Positions 12,501 to 26,347 of a DNA stretch of 64,000 bases are shown in pieces. This stretch comes from Camelus dromedarius (Eukaryota), in assembly GCF_036321535.1 (NCBI RefSeq), contig NC_087437.1:8556001-8620000 (forward strand), given 5' to 3'. The notes beneath the pieces are model-generated. The model was not told the DNA's origin. It did no database searches and saw only the letters and a list, made by a program, of their open reading frames with translations. Position numbers and translations under genes: made by a program. Within the stretch, counting starts at the first letter, position 1, and each line of letters opens with the position of its first letter.

Positions 12501-13530
12501 ATTTGTGCCTGCATTGACCTGTTTGTGATTTCTTTGGGGGAATGTTGCTTCCAGATAATTTCAGCATTATTCTAAGTAGGTGCCTTCCTGTGGGAAGGTG
12601 TTTCTACCCATCAGACTCTGTCCCGGTATTTTTGTGTTTTGTGACTGATGCTGAGTCTCCTGATTATCAAAGTGCAACAAGACCTTGAAGAACTGAGAAC
12701 AAGATTTCTATTCTGGTTCTTTCCCCCACAAATTTCTTTTTTGTCTTATTTTAAGCTTTGGGCCTTGTTAATTTGCAGGATTGTCCACACATATCCTTGC
12801 GGGTACAGATACTCATCAAATCAGCACCCATTTTCTGAATTTCTGCTAGGCACTTTGAATTGCACACATTTTAATTGGATAAAAAAAATAAACACCATGG
12901 TCCTTATTCTCAAAAAATTTTATGACATATTTGGGGAGAGGAAACATATTTGTGAAAGTAAGTAGTGATGTAAGATTTAAGTAAAGTTTTATGAAATAAT
13001 ACAAGAAATATGATAAAGCTGAATAAGATACATTGGCAAAGATAAAGGTGTTGAGACAAATGCAGTCTGTGCTTCTTTCAGTCCATCTCCTGGAAGCTAC
13101 AGACTATCTCTAAAAGACGTGCACACAAACATAGACCAGCATTTCCTTACTGTTTCCCAGGGTCCAGGAAGCCCACCCGTGAGACATGTGGACCTCAGGT
13201 GGAGGAACTCTAAGATAAAGTACAGGTGCTAGTTTAAAGGCACGAATGACCAATTCTGGAGAAACTGATCAGAGGAAATGTCTAGCAGGAGTTGGAGGAG
13301 CATCTTGAAAGATGAGCAGAGGGAGAGGGGTAAGGCTGGGCAGGGAGCATTCCGGGCTGGGAAAGTCTTGAGTAAAATATCAAAGGCAGGGCATTAAAAA
13401 GTATAACTTGGCAATTTTGTTAAGACAGATTGGCATGGCAGAGAAGTAGTAAGACATTAGGGGGAAAGGCTTGAAATTTTGGCTTTTGTTGGTTGGTGGA
13501 TGACTGTGAGTAAAGGTACAAAGAAAAATC

Positions 13531-13945
13531 ATTTTTATTTATTACGGAAGTGATATGTGCTCATTGTAAGAAATTCAAATCATATCTGAGTGTATGAGAT
13601 AGAAGGTGAAAATTCTTTTCTTCTAACTGGGTGGAATTATGAATTTGCACTAAAAGTGCTGCCTTATAACCTGCTGTTTCATTTAACAACAACTGCATTA
13701 TATGCATTATGGCCACCTTTCAATGTCAAAACATAAACATCAATCTTGTCCTTTAATTTTCTTGGTGTGGTCTTTATATGGGCGTACCATAATTTGTTTA
13801 ACCAATTGTCCTATTGACGGATTTTCTTTCTGATTTCACTAGTAAATAGGTTATTGCAAAATAAATCTTTATTTAGATACTTTGGGGCACCTCTTTTATT
13901 ATATCTTTAGGGAAAATTCCTAAAGCTGCTAGGTCAAAGGGCATA
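13531..13945 (-). mobile_element. Ancient L1ME/L1MC 3' fragment
   Basis: GTACCATAATTTGTTTAACCAATT..CCTATTGACGG and GCTAGGTCAAAGGGCATA motifs. Confidence 0.7.
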
Positions 13946-13946
13946 C

Positions 13947-14285
13947 TGCTATAGGCAAAATGTTTGCATCCCCTCAAATTTGTGTGTTGAAATCCTAACC
14001 CCCAGTGTGATGGCCATTAGGAGGTATGGGGGCTTTGGGAGGTGATTAGGTTATGAGAGTGGAACTCTCCTAAGGGGATTAGTGTCCTTATAAAACAGAC
14101 TTGAGAGAGCTCCCTTGACCCTTCTTCCATTTGAAGACACAGTGAGAAGATGACCATCTGTGAACCAGGAAGTGGGCTCTTACTAGACGCTGAATTTTCC
14201 CACCTTCAGAGTGTGGGAAATGTTTGCTGTTTAAGTCACGCAGTCTGTGATATTTTTGTTACAGCAGCCTGGATGGACTAAAACA
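13947..14285 (+). mobile_element. MLT1A0-like solo LTR (MaLR)
   Basis: TG..CA termini; TGTTGAAATCCTAACCCCCAGTGTGATGG and TGTTACAGCAGCCTGGATGGACTAAAACA. Confidence 0.9.
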
Positions 14286-15542
14286 CACTCATCAAGCGAT
14301 ATAAGAATTTCTATATCCTCATGCCTTCAATTTCATTTCTGATCTCTTCGTAACATCCTTTCTTGGGTTAGAGCAAAGATACAGTTACATTGTTTTAAAA
14401 AAATAACTGTTCAGTCCTTTCTTTGGACCTAGAGAGAGAGAGAGAGAAAAGAGAGAAAGAGGAGGTCATTTGTGCTCATCCCTCTTCCTGTCCCCAGGGA
14501 TGTCTGTTACTAGGGCAGGACCACAGAAAGTTCTGTAATGATGGTGGAAATGAGGATAAGGAGGAAGGTGGTTCTGTAGGGAAGAAACTCGTGAGATGGA
14601 GATAAGAGCCTGCCTGGAGAGTGTTATACTGGTTTCGTGGTAAGTGGATGAGAACTGTGGTGAGGGCGGTTGCAGAAGACATGGAAGAGATGGGCTGAAC
14701 TAGAGAAGTGGAGAAAGGACACGGGGTCAAGAATAAAGGACTGGAGGTATAGGTCTGCTAGAGAACCATTCTTCTCTTCACAGGTGGCGAATCCTGACTT
14801 GGCCATTTTTTGTGCTAATAACACACAGACCTGATTGGAGGCAATAAAACTCTGTAGCTGGACCACCTCCAGCCTGACGAGTGCTTAAGCCTCAGTGAAA
14901 TGCTTAGGTGTGGGCACCCAACAGCAGCTCTAAAGACATGGCTTTCTCAGTGTGGGACAGAGGTGATTCATACTATTTGGCTTTAAAAGGTTTACCCAGT
15001 TGACCCTCCCACATTTGGATTCTGTATTGGTTGCGGCTCCTGTTGGGAAAAACTTTTTTACTCTGTACTTAAATTTGCTCTCTTAGTCTGTGTTTTAAAA
15101 TTTAACACAGCTTAGAATTTATTAGAGAGTAGGTTGGCTTTTATTCTCACTGTGATATCCCTTGTGTGTCCACAAATGAGCACACACGGTGGTGAGTTCT
15201 TTGAGAGCCGGGACATGAGCCTTTACTTGCATAGTGAGTCAATGTGCCAGTTTCCTCTTATGCCTCCTCCTTTCCCTGCTCCTTGCCCACTAGGAGCTAC
15301 CTGTTTACCTGGCTAACTCCACTTTCCATTCTTGATATCCCTTCTAGGGACTTTTTGCTGTTGTTATTGTTGTAAAAATGTCCTCTTTTTCTAGGAAATC
15401 AGTACCTTCCTTCCACTTCCCTCTCCATTCATTATAGTTCAAGGAAGGCTGCTGTGTTAGTACCTCACTGTAAAGTGCAGTCCACTTTATATTTCCCAAG
15501 GTTGCCTGCAACATGAACCATATCTCACGTGGTGGTCTAAGA

Positions 15543-16726
15543 CAGGGGGTCAGCAAATTTCCTCTGTAAAAGGCCAGGTGGTAAATATTTTAGGCTTTTC
15601 AAGACACATGTGTGCTCTGTGGAATATTTTTTGTTTTGTTTCTGTTTTTTTTTTTATTTTTATTTTTTAATTAAATTATAGTTGATTTAAATGTTTTAGG
15701 TATACAGCAAATTGATTCAGTTATACATATATATCTATTCTTTTCCAGATTCTTGTCCATTATAGGTTATTACAAGATATTGAATATAGTTCCCTGTGCT
15801 GTACAGTAGGTCTTTGTTGTTTATCTATTTTATATATAGTGGTGTACATCTGTTAATCCCAAATTCCAAATTTATTGCTAATTCCAGATTCCAAATTTAA
15901 ACCTCCTCACCTCTTTCCCCTTTGATAACCATAATTTTGTTTTCTATGTCTGTGACTCTGTTTCTGTTTTGTAAATAAGTTCATTTGTATCATATTTTAG
16001 ATTTCACATATAAGTGATATCATATGGTATTTTTTTGTCTGATTTACTTCATGTAGTATGATAATCTCTTGGTCCATCTATGTTGCTGCAAATGGTATTA
16101 TTTCATTCTTTTTTTGGCTGAGTAATATTCCATTGTGTATATATATTCACACACACACATCTTCTTTATCCATTCATCTGTGGGTGGACATTTAGGTTGC
16201 TTCCATGTCTTGGTTATTGGAAATAGTGATACTATGAACATTGGGGTGAATGTATCTTTTTCAATTAGAATTTTCTCCAGATATAAGCCCAGGTGTGGGA
16301 TTGCTGGATCATATGGTAAGTCTATTTTTAATTTTTTTAACCTCCATACAGTTCTCCTTAATGGCTGCACCAATTTGCATTCCCACCAGCAGTGCAGGAG
16401 GGTTCCCTTTTCTCCACACCCTCTCCAGCATTTATTATTTGTAGACTTTTTAGTGATGCCTATTCTGACCAGTGTGAGGTGACACATCATTGTAGTTTTG
16501 ATTGGCTTTTCTCTAATAATTAGTGATGTTTAGTGTTTTCTCACCTGCCTGTTGGTCATCTGGATGTCTTCTTTGGAGAAATGTCTATTTAGGCCTTCTG
16601 TGGCATTTTTTTTGTTTGTTTTATTTCACTTAAAAATCTATAGAAATGCAAAAACCATTCTTAGTTCACAGGCCATATTAAAAAGGGCCGTAGACTTGGT
16701 GCATAGCCATATATTACTGACTCATG
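15543..16726 (+). mobile_element. MER58C-like hAT element split by an L1 insertion
   Basis: 5' part CAGGGGGTCAGCAAATTT..GTAAATATTTTAGGC; 3' part AAAAACCATTCTTAG..ACTGACTCATG; perfect 8-bp TSD GTCTAAGA at 15535-15542 and 16727-16734. Confidence 0.85.
15640..16600 (-). mobile_element. 5'-truncated camelid-type L1
   Basis: T-tail, TATAGTTCCCTGTGCTGTACAGTAGG 3'UTR motif, ORF2 C-terminus open in ORF 16098..16490 ([20 protein letters not shown]). Confidence 0.95.
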
Positions 16727-17239
16727 GTCTAAGAGGCTACATTGTGAGAATGAAAAATTTCCACTTAATAGAAACACTTGCCTAGGAGATATCAAAGCTG
16801 TATTTCACTATAATTTTTCTAAGCAGCTAAAGATTTTAAAGAATGATGAATTTTGAATGATTTTAGTCCACCAGATCCTTATTGGACCTAACTGAAAACT
16901 GACCTTTGACCAATCAATAGTGAGATTTGTTTTAACCAATTGTGTATAGATCTGAGGACTCATTCCATGCTCTGTCTGGAAGGCTAGTTTTCAAACCTAT
17001 GCTCCTTGAAATCCCCAAATTCCTTTACTCCTTACCTCCAAAGTGAACTACTCAGTGACTTTTGACATTGTTATATGTTTTCTTGCCTGGAAAGTTAATA
17101 AACTCCATTTTTTCTTCTTTAATAGTATTTTAGTCTTTAATTCCCTACGTAAAAAATTCATACATAAGTCATCAGGTAGAAAGGTTCTTTTGAATGTTGG
17201 TAAGAAGTGTCTTTCTTACGGCTTCTGAAATTATGTTTA

Positions 17240-17900
17240 TAGCAAGAATAACATCTGGTTAGCTTTGGAAAAATGGGAGTGAATCAGATGAGGACATCTT
17301 GTTTGTGTGCAAAGAGTGATAGGATATTGTTGTCTTTTTTTTTTTTTAAACAAAATGAACAGAGACTTTTTCAGGAAAAAATTTTGTGAGCCTTTGAAAT
17401 TGGCAAAAATGATAATTGAGTGTCCTGTAAGTAAGTTATAGAAAATTGATAATGATGAAAATGTTTGCTTGTAAAAATGCAAGTGAATTGTGTCCAGACA
17501 AATGCAGTTGATTATTACCTAGTGAATTTTGATGCATTTTGCATCCATTTGTCAATTCATGTAGGATTCCTGATGGCCCACACAGGTGCATTCTTGGAGA
17601 TCTCCTTTGAATCTGTTGTAACATCTTTCTGGCTCTCTCATAAATTAATAATTTAAACAAAATATTTTTCATGTGACCATTAATATGTGTATAACATTCA
17701 TAATTTTATTATGAAAATTATTTTTTCACAATTCTAATTTTATCTTTTTTTCATCATGGCATAGATGAATGTATTATTTGTGGTTACACACAGTTATATT
17801 TATAGAGCATGTTTCATATCAGTGTTTTATCTTGTTCAGTGTATATATAAACAATGAATTATTTGACTTAAATTATTTATATAATTTCCAAAAGAAATTG
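17240..17900. mobile_element. Possible old DNA-transposon remnant, family unresolved
   Basis: AT-rich block resembling hAT internal sequence from memory only; no TIR or TSD identified. Confidence 0.25.
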
Positions 17901-19179
17901 GGCTCTACTTGTCTGGGTATTCTGTGTGCAATTGTCTTTCTGTCTGATTACAAGAAATAACTCTTCATTACCTTTTACTCAACCTGATTTGAGGTGATAG
18001 CTCATGATTGAATGTAACCAGTTTGATCAAACTTATATCTATGAAGACAGCCTAAAATTCCAAATCGATGCACCATTGTCCTTCTTTTTCTTTTTCTCAT
18101 CATTTTGACAAGACTCAAGTGAAGTTAATAATATGCTAGTGATTATTAATATGACTTCTTTTTGTTCTAGATTACAGATTGTTACATTAGAAGAAAAGTT
18201 TCCTTTTAACCTAGAAATATGTATATGCTGCTTTTCTAAAAATTCAACAAATTTTTGAGGACTCCTAAACTGATTAAAATATATTAGATAAGATTTTTGC
18301 TGTCTTCAGGCAATGCCATTTTCTGGGTAGGAGTCAGTTCCAATCATAAATCACCCAAGATGTTGGCAAATTCAGAGCTTGTTTTTTCCCTTGTAAGGTT
18401 GTTTGGCTCTGGCTTTATCTGACACATTGCTTTCAAACACAGCACCTTTAGCCTTAAAGCTATATTAGGTTTTAATTCATGCCAATTTATACAAGCTTTT
18501 CCACTAATAGTTTGACGTCATCCTCAGAGAAGTGGAAAAGACTTTTGAGGGAGATCCAGAATTTGCATGCCATCGGAATCTTTTGTTTTTAAGTGTAACA
18601 TTGCTCTTGAAATTTCTGCTGTTTAAGATGGGAAGATGCTGATAAGGTTCAAACATTTATGTTTTACTGTATTTGGTAAGCTGTTTTGTAAATGCCTTTG
18701 GATATCCAATTCAATTCCACTCAGTGTATGTGTCTTGATTTCCTATCCTGTGGCAAGCATTGTGCTGGGTATTTGGAAAAGCAAGCTAGATAGATATAGG
18801 TTCTCTACCCAGAGAGCAGAATGTCTAATAGAAGATGACAGATGAGAGATGGAATTTGAGATCCCAGGTTGCCATGTGTAATGATGTACGTACAGTGTAT
18901 ACAGTCAGCATACAGGAGGGGATGAGTAGCAGTATGAAGCAGAGCATCGATGTCTTAGAGTGTAGCAAGTATTGTGGGCTAGAAATTGGGAAGATTAATT
19001 CAAAGTGCATCTATTGTTATAATTTGGTGAACGTTAGGTAAAACTCCATCTATACAAACACACACGCAAATAAGTAAAATGCAGACCATGCCTCAAAAAG
19101 CTCATAGTCTTAAAGAAAACAAAAAGTGAAGGTGTAATTATGATACACCAAGAAAAATGGCATTAAAGATATAAATCAA

Positions 19180-19405
19180 TAAATTGGAAGTTTGGGATTT
19201 GCAGATAGTACCTACTATATATGAAATAGATAATCACTAAGGTCCTTGTGTATGGCACAGGGAACTATATTCAATACCTTGTAATAGCAATAATGAAAAA
19301 GAATGTAAATTGGAAAAATATATATGTATAACTGAATCACTGTGCTGTACACCAGAAATTAACACAACATTGTAAAACAACTTCAATTAAAAAAATTAAT
19401 AAAAA
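19180..19405 (+). mobile_element. Short camelid-type L1 3' end
   Basis: GCACAGGGAACTATATTCAATACCTTGTAATA..ACTGAATCACTGTGCTGTACACC followed by an A-tail. Confidence 0.9.
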
Positions 19406-19409
19406 TCTG

Positions 19410-20460
19410 TAGGAAGATGAGGATCAGAGAAGGCTTCTTCTAGGGAAGCATGAGGATATATGGGAGGAGACAAGGAAAGTTAAGAGGGTCTGGACAAGTG
19501 TTCTGCACAGAGAGCAGTGTATGCAAAGGCCCAGAGGCCTGAAAGACAGAGTCTAGCACGTTAGCGGAATGGGACCTGAGTGAAAGCAATGGGAGAGACA
19601 AAGTAAGATTCAGTGCTGGGCAGGTAGGTAGAGAGTCCTGTAGGAAGGGCCTTGTGTGTTAAATACGTGGTAAGAAGAATCTTTGAAGTGTTTAAGGTGG
19701 AAGTAGCATCATCAAATTTGCCTTTATAAAGTGTCACTCTAGAAACAATATGGCAAAGGATTAGAGCAAAATGAGACTAGAGGCAAAGAGTCCAAGTAGA
19801 ATGTCCTCTAGAAATCTGGATGGAGTGAGCACGGCCTGAACTCAGGCAGAGGCAGTGAGTACAGAGAGCAGGATGGTGTCAAAAGATGTTAAGAAAGTAG
19901 AACCAGGCTCAGTGACACGAGGATGACTCAGAAGGAGATGTGCAGGATTGTGCCCTGATTCCTGGCTTGTCGGGGTGGTGCCATCCCTAAATGGAGATGG
20001 TGGAGAGTGATGGCAGAGGCATAGGGATGGGGCAGTTCAGCAGGAAAGATTTATTTCATTTTGGGTGCAAGTTATTGAAGATATTTGTAGGATATGAATA
20101 AGGATGTTAAATAGGGCAGTTGGAAAATCTGAGTTCAGGATTGAACACAAATATGAGCCCAAAACACATACTGGGGACCTTGCAGTAGATGGTTATGGTG
20201 GAAGACCTAGTTGCAGTCACTCTAAAAAGAGTGAATAAAATCAGACCAGGAATGGATACCAACAAATCAGAGGATGTAAGGGATGAAATGAGGAGGGCAA
20301 GGAGGAAGAGGCCCAGAAAGAATATCAAGAATGAGTAGCCTTGAGGCTGGAGGAAAATGAGGAAAAGGTGGCATCATGAAAATCAAGGAGAGATTCCAAA
20401 ATCATGGAATGACCCATATTACTAAGTGCCGTGGAGAGGCCAAGAGAAAGTAAAAGGAGA
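19410..20460 (-). mobile_element. L2 fragment
   Basis: GA-rich degenerate L2 motifs (AGAAGGCTTC, TGCAAAGGCCCAGAGG, GATTCCTGGCTTG, AGGGCAGTTGG). Confidence 0.7.
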
Positions 20461-20507
20461 AACAATGCACAAAAGCTGCAGTAGCTCCTGGATTGAAGCA
20501 AATTTGT

Positions 20508-20612
20508 ATCTGTCTATATCTATCTATCTCTATCTCTATCTCTATCTCTATCTCTATCTCTATCTCTATCTCTATCTCTATCTCTATCTCTATCTCTATA
20601 CCTATACCTATC

Positions 20613-20659
<47 letters not shown>

Positions 20660-20698
20660 CATCTCTCCCTCTCTCTCTCTCTAAATATATATATATAG
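20508..20698. repeat. Compound microsatellite (TATCTC)n-(TATC)n-(TC)n-(TA)n
   Basis: Direct inspection. Confidence 0.98.
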
Positions 20699-21370
20699 AT
20701 TAAAGTCAGAATTTAGTGGGCTATGGAGCAAAGGAGAAACGAGGTTGGGACTAGGCACTGTTTGTCCAGGATGTGTATCTCTGAAGGGAAAGCCAGAGAA
20801 CTGGAGGAGTGAAAAGCTGTAAGACCCACGGGCGCAGAGGCACCGTCAGCCTTGCTGACTGCTGTAAACGTCTGGACCGGTGCCTGGCAGGTAGTAGCCA
20901 CTCACTGAATTCATTCATTGAATGAATGCATAAACAAGAAAGGCAAGACTTGAGGGTGTCTATATATCAGTGGGGAAAAAAGATTCAACTTCCACCAAGG
21001 GAGAGCACACTTTGAGAGAGCCGGCTGGCAGGAGGGGAGGTTCTGGACTGAGCATGGAACGTGGGAAGTGAGGACTTGCCTTTCCCAGACCTGGGTGCAT
21101 AGGAGGGTCAGTAATATTAAGAGAATTTCAGTGCCATTCCATCAGGAAGTTGGGGAAAGTGGACACCTCATCAAATTCCTAGATTTTGTGGTTATAAAAC
21201 CAGCATGTCCTAACCCAGAATGCCCCTTAAAGTGACACAAATAATTCAGCTACTTGTGTGTATAATTGAGGTGAAAGGGCTGAATTATTTGACATAATAG
21301 CCTCAATTCTGTAATTGACAAGCTGAGGAGAACTAGTTTTCATTGATAAAATGCTTTGTCAGTCTTGGAG

Positions 21371-21736
21371 TTTTTTTTTTTTTTTTGAATCTTATGTTTT
21401 ATTGAAGTGTAGTCAATTTACAATGTTAGTTTCAGGTGTACAGCAAAGTGATTCAGTTATACATACACATATATATATATATGTATATATTCAGATTCTT
21501 TTCAGCTCATTACAAGAAATTGAATATAGTCCCCTGTGCTATACAGTAGGACCTTATTGTTTATCTATTTTATATATGATAATGTTTATCTGTTATTCCT
21601 AAACTCCTAATCTATCCCTCCCACCCTCTTTCCCCTCTGGTAACCGCAGTTTTCTATGTCCATAAGTCTATTTCTGGTTTGTAAATAAAGTTTGTATTAT
21701 TGTTATTTTTTTTTTAAATTCCACATATAAGGGATA
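21371..21736 (-). mobile_element. Camelid-type L1 3' end
   Basis: T-tail; GTTTCAGGTGTACAGCAAAGTGATTCAG; TATAGTCCCCTGTGCTATACAGTAGG. Confidence 0.92.
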
Positions 21737-22574
21737 AATCTTCAAGTTAATCTTGCTGACTCCTCCTTTCAATACCACTCTGAGGTAAATTAGCTCCTGT
21801 GTTAATCCTGATAGAAACAGTCTGTCTCAGTAGGAAAGATACTGAATGAGAAACAGAGAGAATCCAGTTCAGACCTTGTGGCTGTCCAACCCCAGTCTCT
21901 CTCCAAAAGCTGCCTCATTCTTTTCTGCAGATAAAGAAATACCAAGTTGGACTTAGCACAGAACTGTGGCTAAGGGTTGGGTAGGCAGGGTATAGCTCTC
22001 ATGTGATTTATAGCGCCGTGTTTTCTAGAATGGATACCCCAACTACTCTAGCTGCCTTGAGAAATTGTTGTTATTTTTAATGAGTTGTTTTAAAACCACT
22101 AGCAGGTCAAGAAGGCTGCCTCTTCCCAGCCCCCTATGCCACTTCTAAGCATGTATGTGGAATGTGAGAGAGAGTGGGTCACCCCACGTTGAAACAGAAT
22201 TTTGTATGTAAACACGAGTCTAATCTAAGTCTCTCCAAGACTAACTTTGAATATGTAAGGCAGCCCCCAAGGAAGCTGCTGTTTCTGACTACACATGAGC
22301 TATTTTTGCAGGGTGCTTGCAAGACGCTGAAATTCTGCACTCTCTAGTTTGGGGAACAGGCTGGTAGAATTTGAATTTTACCATTCATGCGGCCACATTT
22401 GTATTTGCAGTGGGGCTTGGAGAAGTTAGCTTACAGCACTGCTTTGCGTAAAGTCTGAGATTTCTCCTGCGACAGCCCAGGTTGTGCCCATGGGACGCAG
22501 CTCCACAATGTAAGAGATGGTGACAAGCCGTTAAATGCTTGCTTTTACCCCCTACCTCACCATGAGCCTCCCCT

Positions 22575-23575
22575 AGTTTTATTGAGATATAATTGCCATA
22601 TAACACTGTATAAATGTAAAATGTACAACATTTTGATTTAATATACATATATATGTAAATGATCACTCACATAGTTAACAATTTTTTTCTTGTGATAATA
22701 ACTTTTAAGATCTCCTGCTTTCACATATATAATATCATGTTGTTAACTATGGTCACCATGCTGTACATGACATCTCCAGGAACTATTTATCTTATAGGGG
22801 AAGTTTGTACCTTTGACCACCTTCACCATTTCCCCTACTCCCCAGCCTCCACCTCTGGCAACCACCAATCTGTTCTCTGTTTCTATGAGTTTGAAATTTT
22901 TAGGTCCCACATGTAAGTGAGATCACACAGTATTTGTCTTTCCCTCACTTACTTCACTTAGCATGATGCCCTCACATTTCATTCATTTTCTTCTCCTATT
23001 CATTTGTTAATGGACACTTACGTTGTTTCCTTGTCTTGGCTATTGTAAACAATGCTGCAGTGAACATGGCGTGCAGATAACTTTTTGGGACAGTGCTTTT
23101 TGTTTCCTTCAGATATATACTCAGAAGGGGGATTACTGGATCATATGGTGATTCTATTCTTAATTTACTGAGGAACCTCCATTTTTCCAGAGTTGCTGCA
23201 CCAGTTGACCATCAATAGTGTATAACAATTTCCTTTTTTCCACATTCTCATCAGGACTTGTAATCTCTTTTTGATGGCAGCCATTCTAACAGGCATGAAA
23301 GGTATCTCATTGTGGTTTTGGTTTGCATTTCCCTGATGACTGGTGATGTTGAGCACCTTTTCATGTACCTGTTGTCCATTTGAATACTTTCCTTCAAAAA
23401 GTGTCTGTTGAGATACATTGCATGTTTTAAAATTGGATTATTGTGATTTGCTATTGAGTTGTATGAGTTCTTTGTATATGTTGGCTATTAACTCCTCATC
23501 AGATATGTGATTTGCAAATATCTTCTTCTATTCTCTAAGTTTCTTTTTCATTTGTTGATCATTTCTTTTGCTGTT
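22575..23575 (-). mobile_element. L1MA9-like 3' fragment with ORF2 end
   Basis: TTTATTGAGATATAATTG start; CTCATTGTGGTTTTGGTTTGCATTTCCCTGATG ORF2 antisense motif. Confidence 0.9.
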
Positions 23576-23629
23576 GCCCTGTAAGCCTTTGGCATTTTTT
23601 TTCTTTCTTTCTTTTTGTTAATTGGTAGG

Positions 23630-23858
23630 TAATCAGACAAGTGAGGTGAGGAGAATCATACAAGTCCTGGTTTGGATTCTGTGTTGTGTTTATTTAAAAC
23701 TTGATATGTTGTTCATCATTGACCTTTTGCATCAATTTTGATTTTTAGAATATTGCATTATTATACTTATCTTGATATATGAGGTTTTGGGGACACTCTT
23801 TCTTAAACTTTGTGCCCTAGCGAAGTGCCTTTCTCCCCTCATCCTATTCCCTGCCCCC
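23630..23858 (+). mobile_element. MER96B-like hAT-Tip100 fragment
   Basis: TTTATTTAAAACTTGATATGTTGTTCATCAT..AATATTGCATTA..TTATCTTGAT..AAACTTTGTGCCC. Confidence 0.65.
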
Positions 23859-24751
23859 CAAACCCAAAATATATTTATTAAACCTTTGTTTTCCCCTCTA
23901 TCATAGTGTTTTGGCTGATGATATGAACTTAGAACTATTACATGGCCAGTCCACTTTGGGATAAGGGTCAGATGGCAAATTGTTGTGTTCCAGGATGAAT
24001 TACACTTTTGGAAATTTTCAGATGCTGATTGAAACAAAGTCCGATGCCATGATGTAAGTCGATTAAGCTGCAAAACCCTGGTAAACATCAAAGGTAGAAC
24101 ATTACAAAGATTGCTCTTTCATGTGGGTTTTGAAGAAACGCTGAGGGTAATTCCAAAGAAGTAACTAAAAAAGGTTTTGAGCACAGGAAATCACTAAGTA
24201 ACAGATTATCGCTAAAGCTGGTTCTCTGAAGTTCCATTTAGGTGGTTAATGTTGAGGTATGTTTGTTCAGAAGGTTCATTGTTTAGTTTTGTGCTCTCTA
24301 TTTTTGAAGAAGTCACTTTACATTTGTGTAATTCACATTATTCTGATGAAAAACATGATTTATCCCTTAAATAGATGCATCTGTTTATTGTGTTGAAGCA
24401 TATCAGAAGAATGTGTTTCTCAGAGAATAATGTCTGGCACATGGATTTTTTTTCTATTTACTATTCCTGTTATTTGAAAAGAAAAACAACATCCCACAAA
24501 GATTGTCTTAAATCACTGTGTCATGGCCACATGACTTTGTGTTCTTGACATGTCTAATTTGCACACACCTGTTGTTAATTTTCATGTTGTAACAACTCTT
24601 GACTGAATGCACTTGAGAATTGCTGTGAGAATTGCATTTATATCTAGAAAGCTAAGCATCACACATCTCGTTGATTCTACTGGTGTCTGCTACAAACTAC
24701 ACTTGTTACCCCATCACAGCTGTACACAATAGTACCAGTCTGAACTGCGAT

Positions 24752-24992
24752 CTCATTTCTCTTGGGAACATTACCTAGGTGTGGGATTATTAGATGACAT
24801 CATAACTGATTGTTTATAAAAAAAAAAAAACTACCTAATGTTTTTCAAAATGTCTAAACCACATTTCATTCCCGCCAGAAACAAATGAGAGTTCTTGTGG
24901 CTTCAAATGCTTTCCTGATTTTTTTTTTTTGTCATTCTAGTAGGGGTGAAATGTTACTGACTACCTCATAATTTTAATTTTAGTTTCCCTAG
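24752..24992 (-). mobile_element. Old L1 ORF2 fragment
   Basis: CATTCCCGCCAGAAACAAATGAGAGTTC and CATTCTAGTAGGGGTGAAATG. Confidence 0.75.
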
Positions 24993-26072
24993 CCACAGAG
25001 ACAGAAACTTTTGTTATTCAAGAACACTAACTGAATTGAATATTGAACTAGGTGATATTTTAAACTTTTCAACATGGTTCTTCTCAGGTTATTGGACACA
25101 TCATACATAAAATAATGTATATTAGTTATGATCAGGAAAAAACTTTAGTTTGTACTTCATGGGTAGAGGAACTACTTGGGGAAATAAGTGTTACTTTTCT
25201 TAATTTCTTGAAGTCGGTTCTGTAATTTAAATTTCTAAACCATAATAGGTATTTATTTGGATGGTGGTTTTATCTTGTAAAAAACTGTAAGGCAGACTAA
25301 TAAAAATCTATTGACTATATTTCATTTTGAGTGGTAATTTATATGCAGTATTAGGGACTCCAATATTACTTTTGTATTAGTGTACATAAAAAGTAATTGT
25401 AGAATTAATTGTTGACAATCACTTTTTCTTTTAGTAGTTAAAACAATTCCTTTGTGATTCTAAGTGTGCTTGGCTTAAACTGTATACTGACTGCCTAGAA
25501 ATTTAGCTCTTCTCATACTTCAAAACACTGAATAAATTGTAAGTGCTTTTGAAAATTCTCTTCTGTGACTGTTCTGATGGCTTGGGACTAGAAATAAGTT
25601 ATATGCCTGTGTCAGGTGCAGGTCTGGGGTAGCATTATCAACTCTTTTGATAAATGATGCAATTTATTGTACTCTCCTGATTTTTTTTATAGCATTATAC
25701 TGCCATGTAGAGTACTTGAGCTATATTCTTTTTCCTGATGGAAGAATTGACACTCCAGAATGGATATATGTGAAATGGGAGAGGCTTTACTACATAATTC
25801 TTGATATTTTATGGATATTTAATTTTTGATAATTCTGACTCCCTAAAATTGCCTCAATTTGAGAGATAGATAAGGTGAATATATATATATTGCTTAAATA
25901 TGTATATACTATCAGCATTTATTCATTTCACTTTGCTTATGTAGACTACAGTCCCACCTACTCCAAGTAGATAATTTTAAAGAATTCCAATAAAATGGAA
26001 TGGTGTCAATAAATCCATTATTTTAACTCTATTATCTTATAAGATAGTGATGGTGTTCTATTAAAATGCTAC

Positions 26073-26215
26073 TCAAAATATGGTTCATAGAGGGATACTG
26101 GTTCACACATTTACTGGTCTGCAATGAAATATGTACAGACATTGAGAGCATGCATTTTGAAACTTTAAAAGCAATTTGACAGCATCATGATGTCTAAGCA
26201 CAGCAATACAGAAAT
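26073..26215 (+). mobile_element. hAT-Charlie fragment (MER119/Charlie7-like)
   Basis: ATGCTACTCAAAATATGG terminal motif; GTACAGACATTGAGAG..AAACTTT..AGCAATTTGACAG. Confidence 0.5.
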
Positions 26216-26347
26216 ATAGTCCATGATGGCTGGGGTGGGTAGCTGGGGAGGTGGGGAGCTGATCCTTCATTACAGATACTTATCTGTAACATAATAGTGC
26301 TTCTCTGTATTCTTTGACTTTGAAGTATAGCTTTTAGGATGATTGAA

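Noticed and set aside
16098..16490. 130-aa and 115-aa ORFs
   Set aside because: L1 ORF2 C-terminus and its antisense frame in a 5'-truncated copy
20426..20698. ORFs with YLYLYL or ISISIS runs (similarly the CVCVCV and HTHTHT ORFs elsewhere)
   Set aside because: Translations of microsatellites
26232..26256. Canonical G4 motif
   Set aside because: Isolated, beside transposon remnants, with no supporting context; such motifs are common
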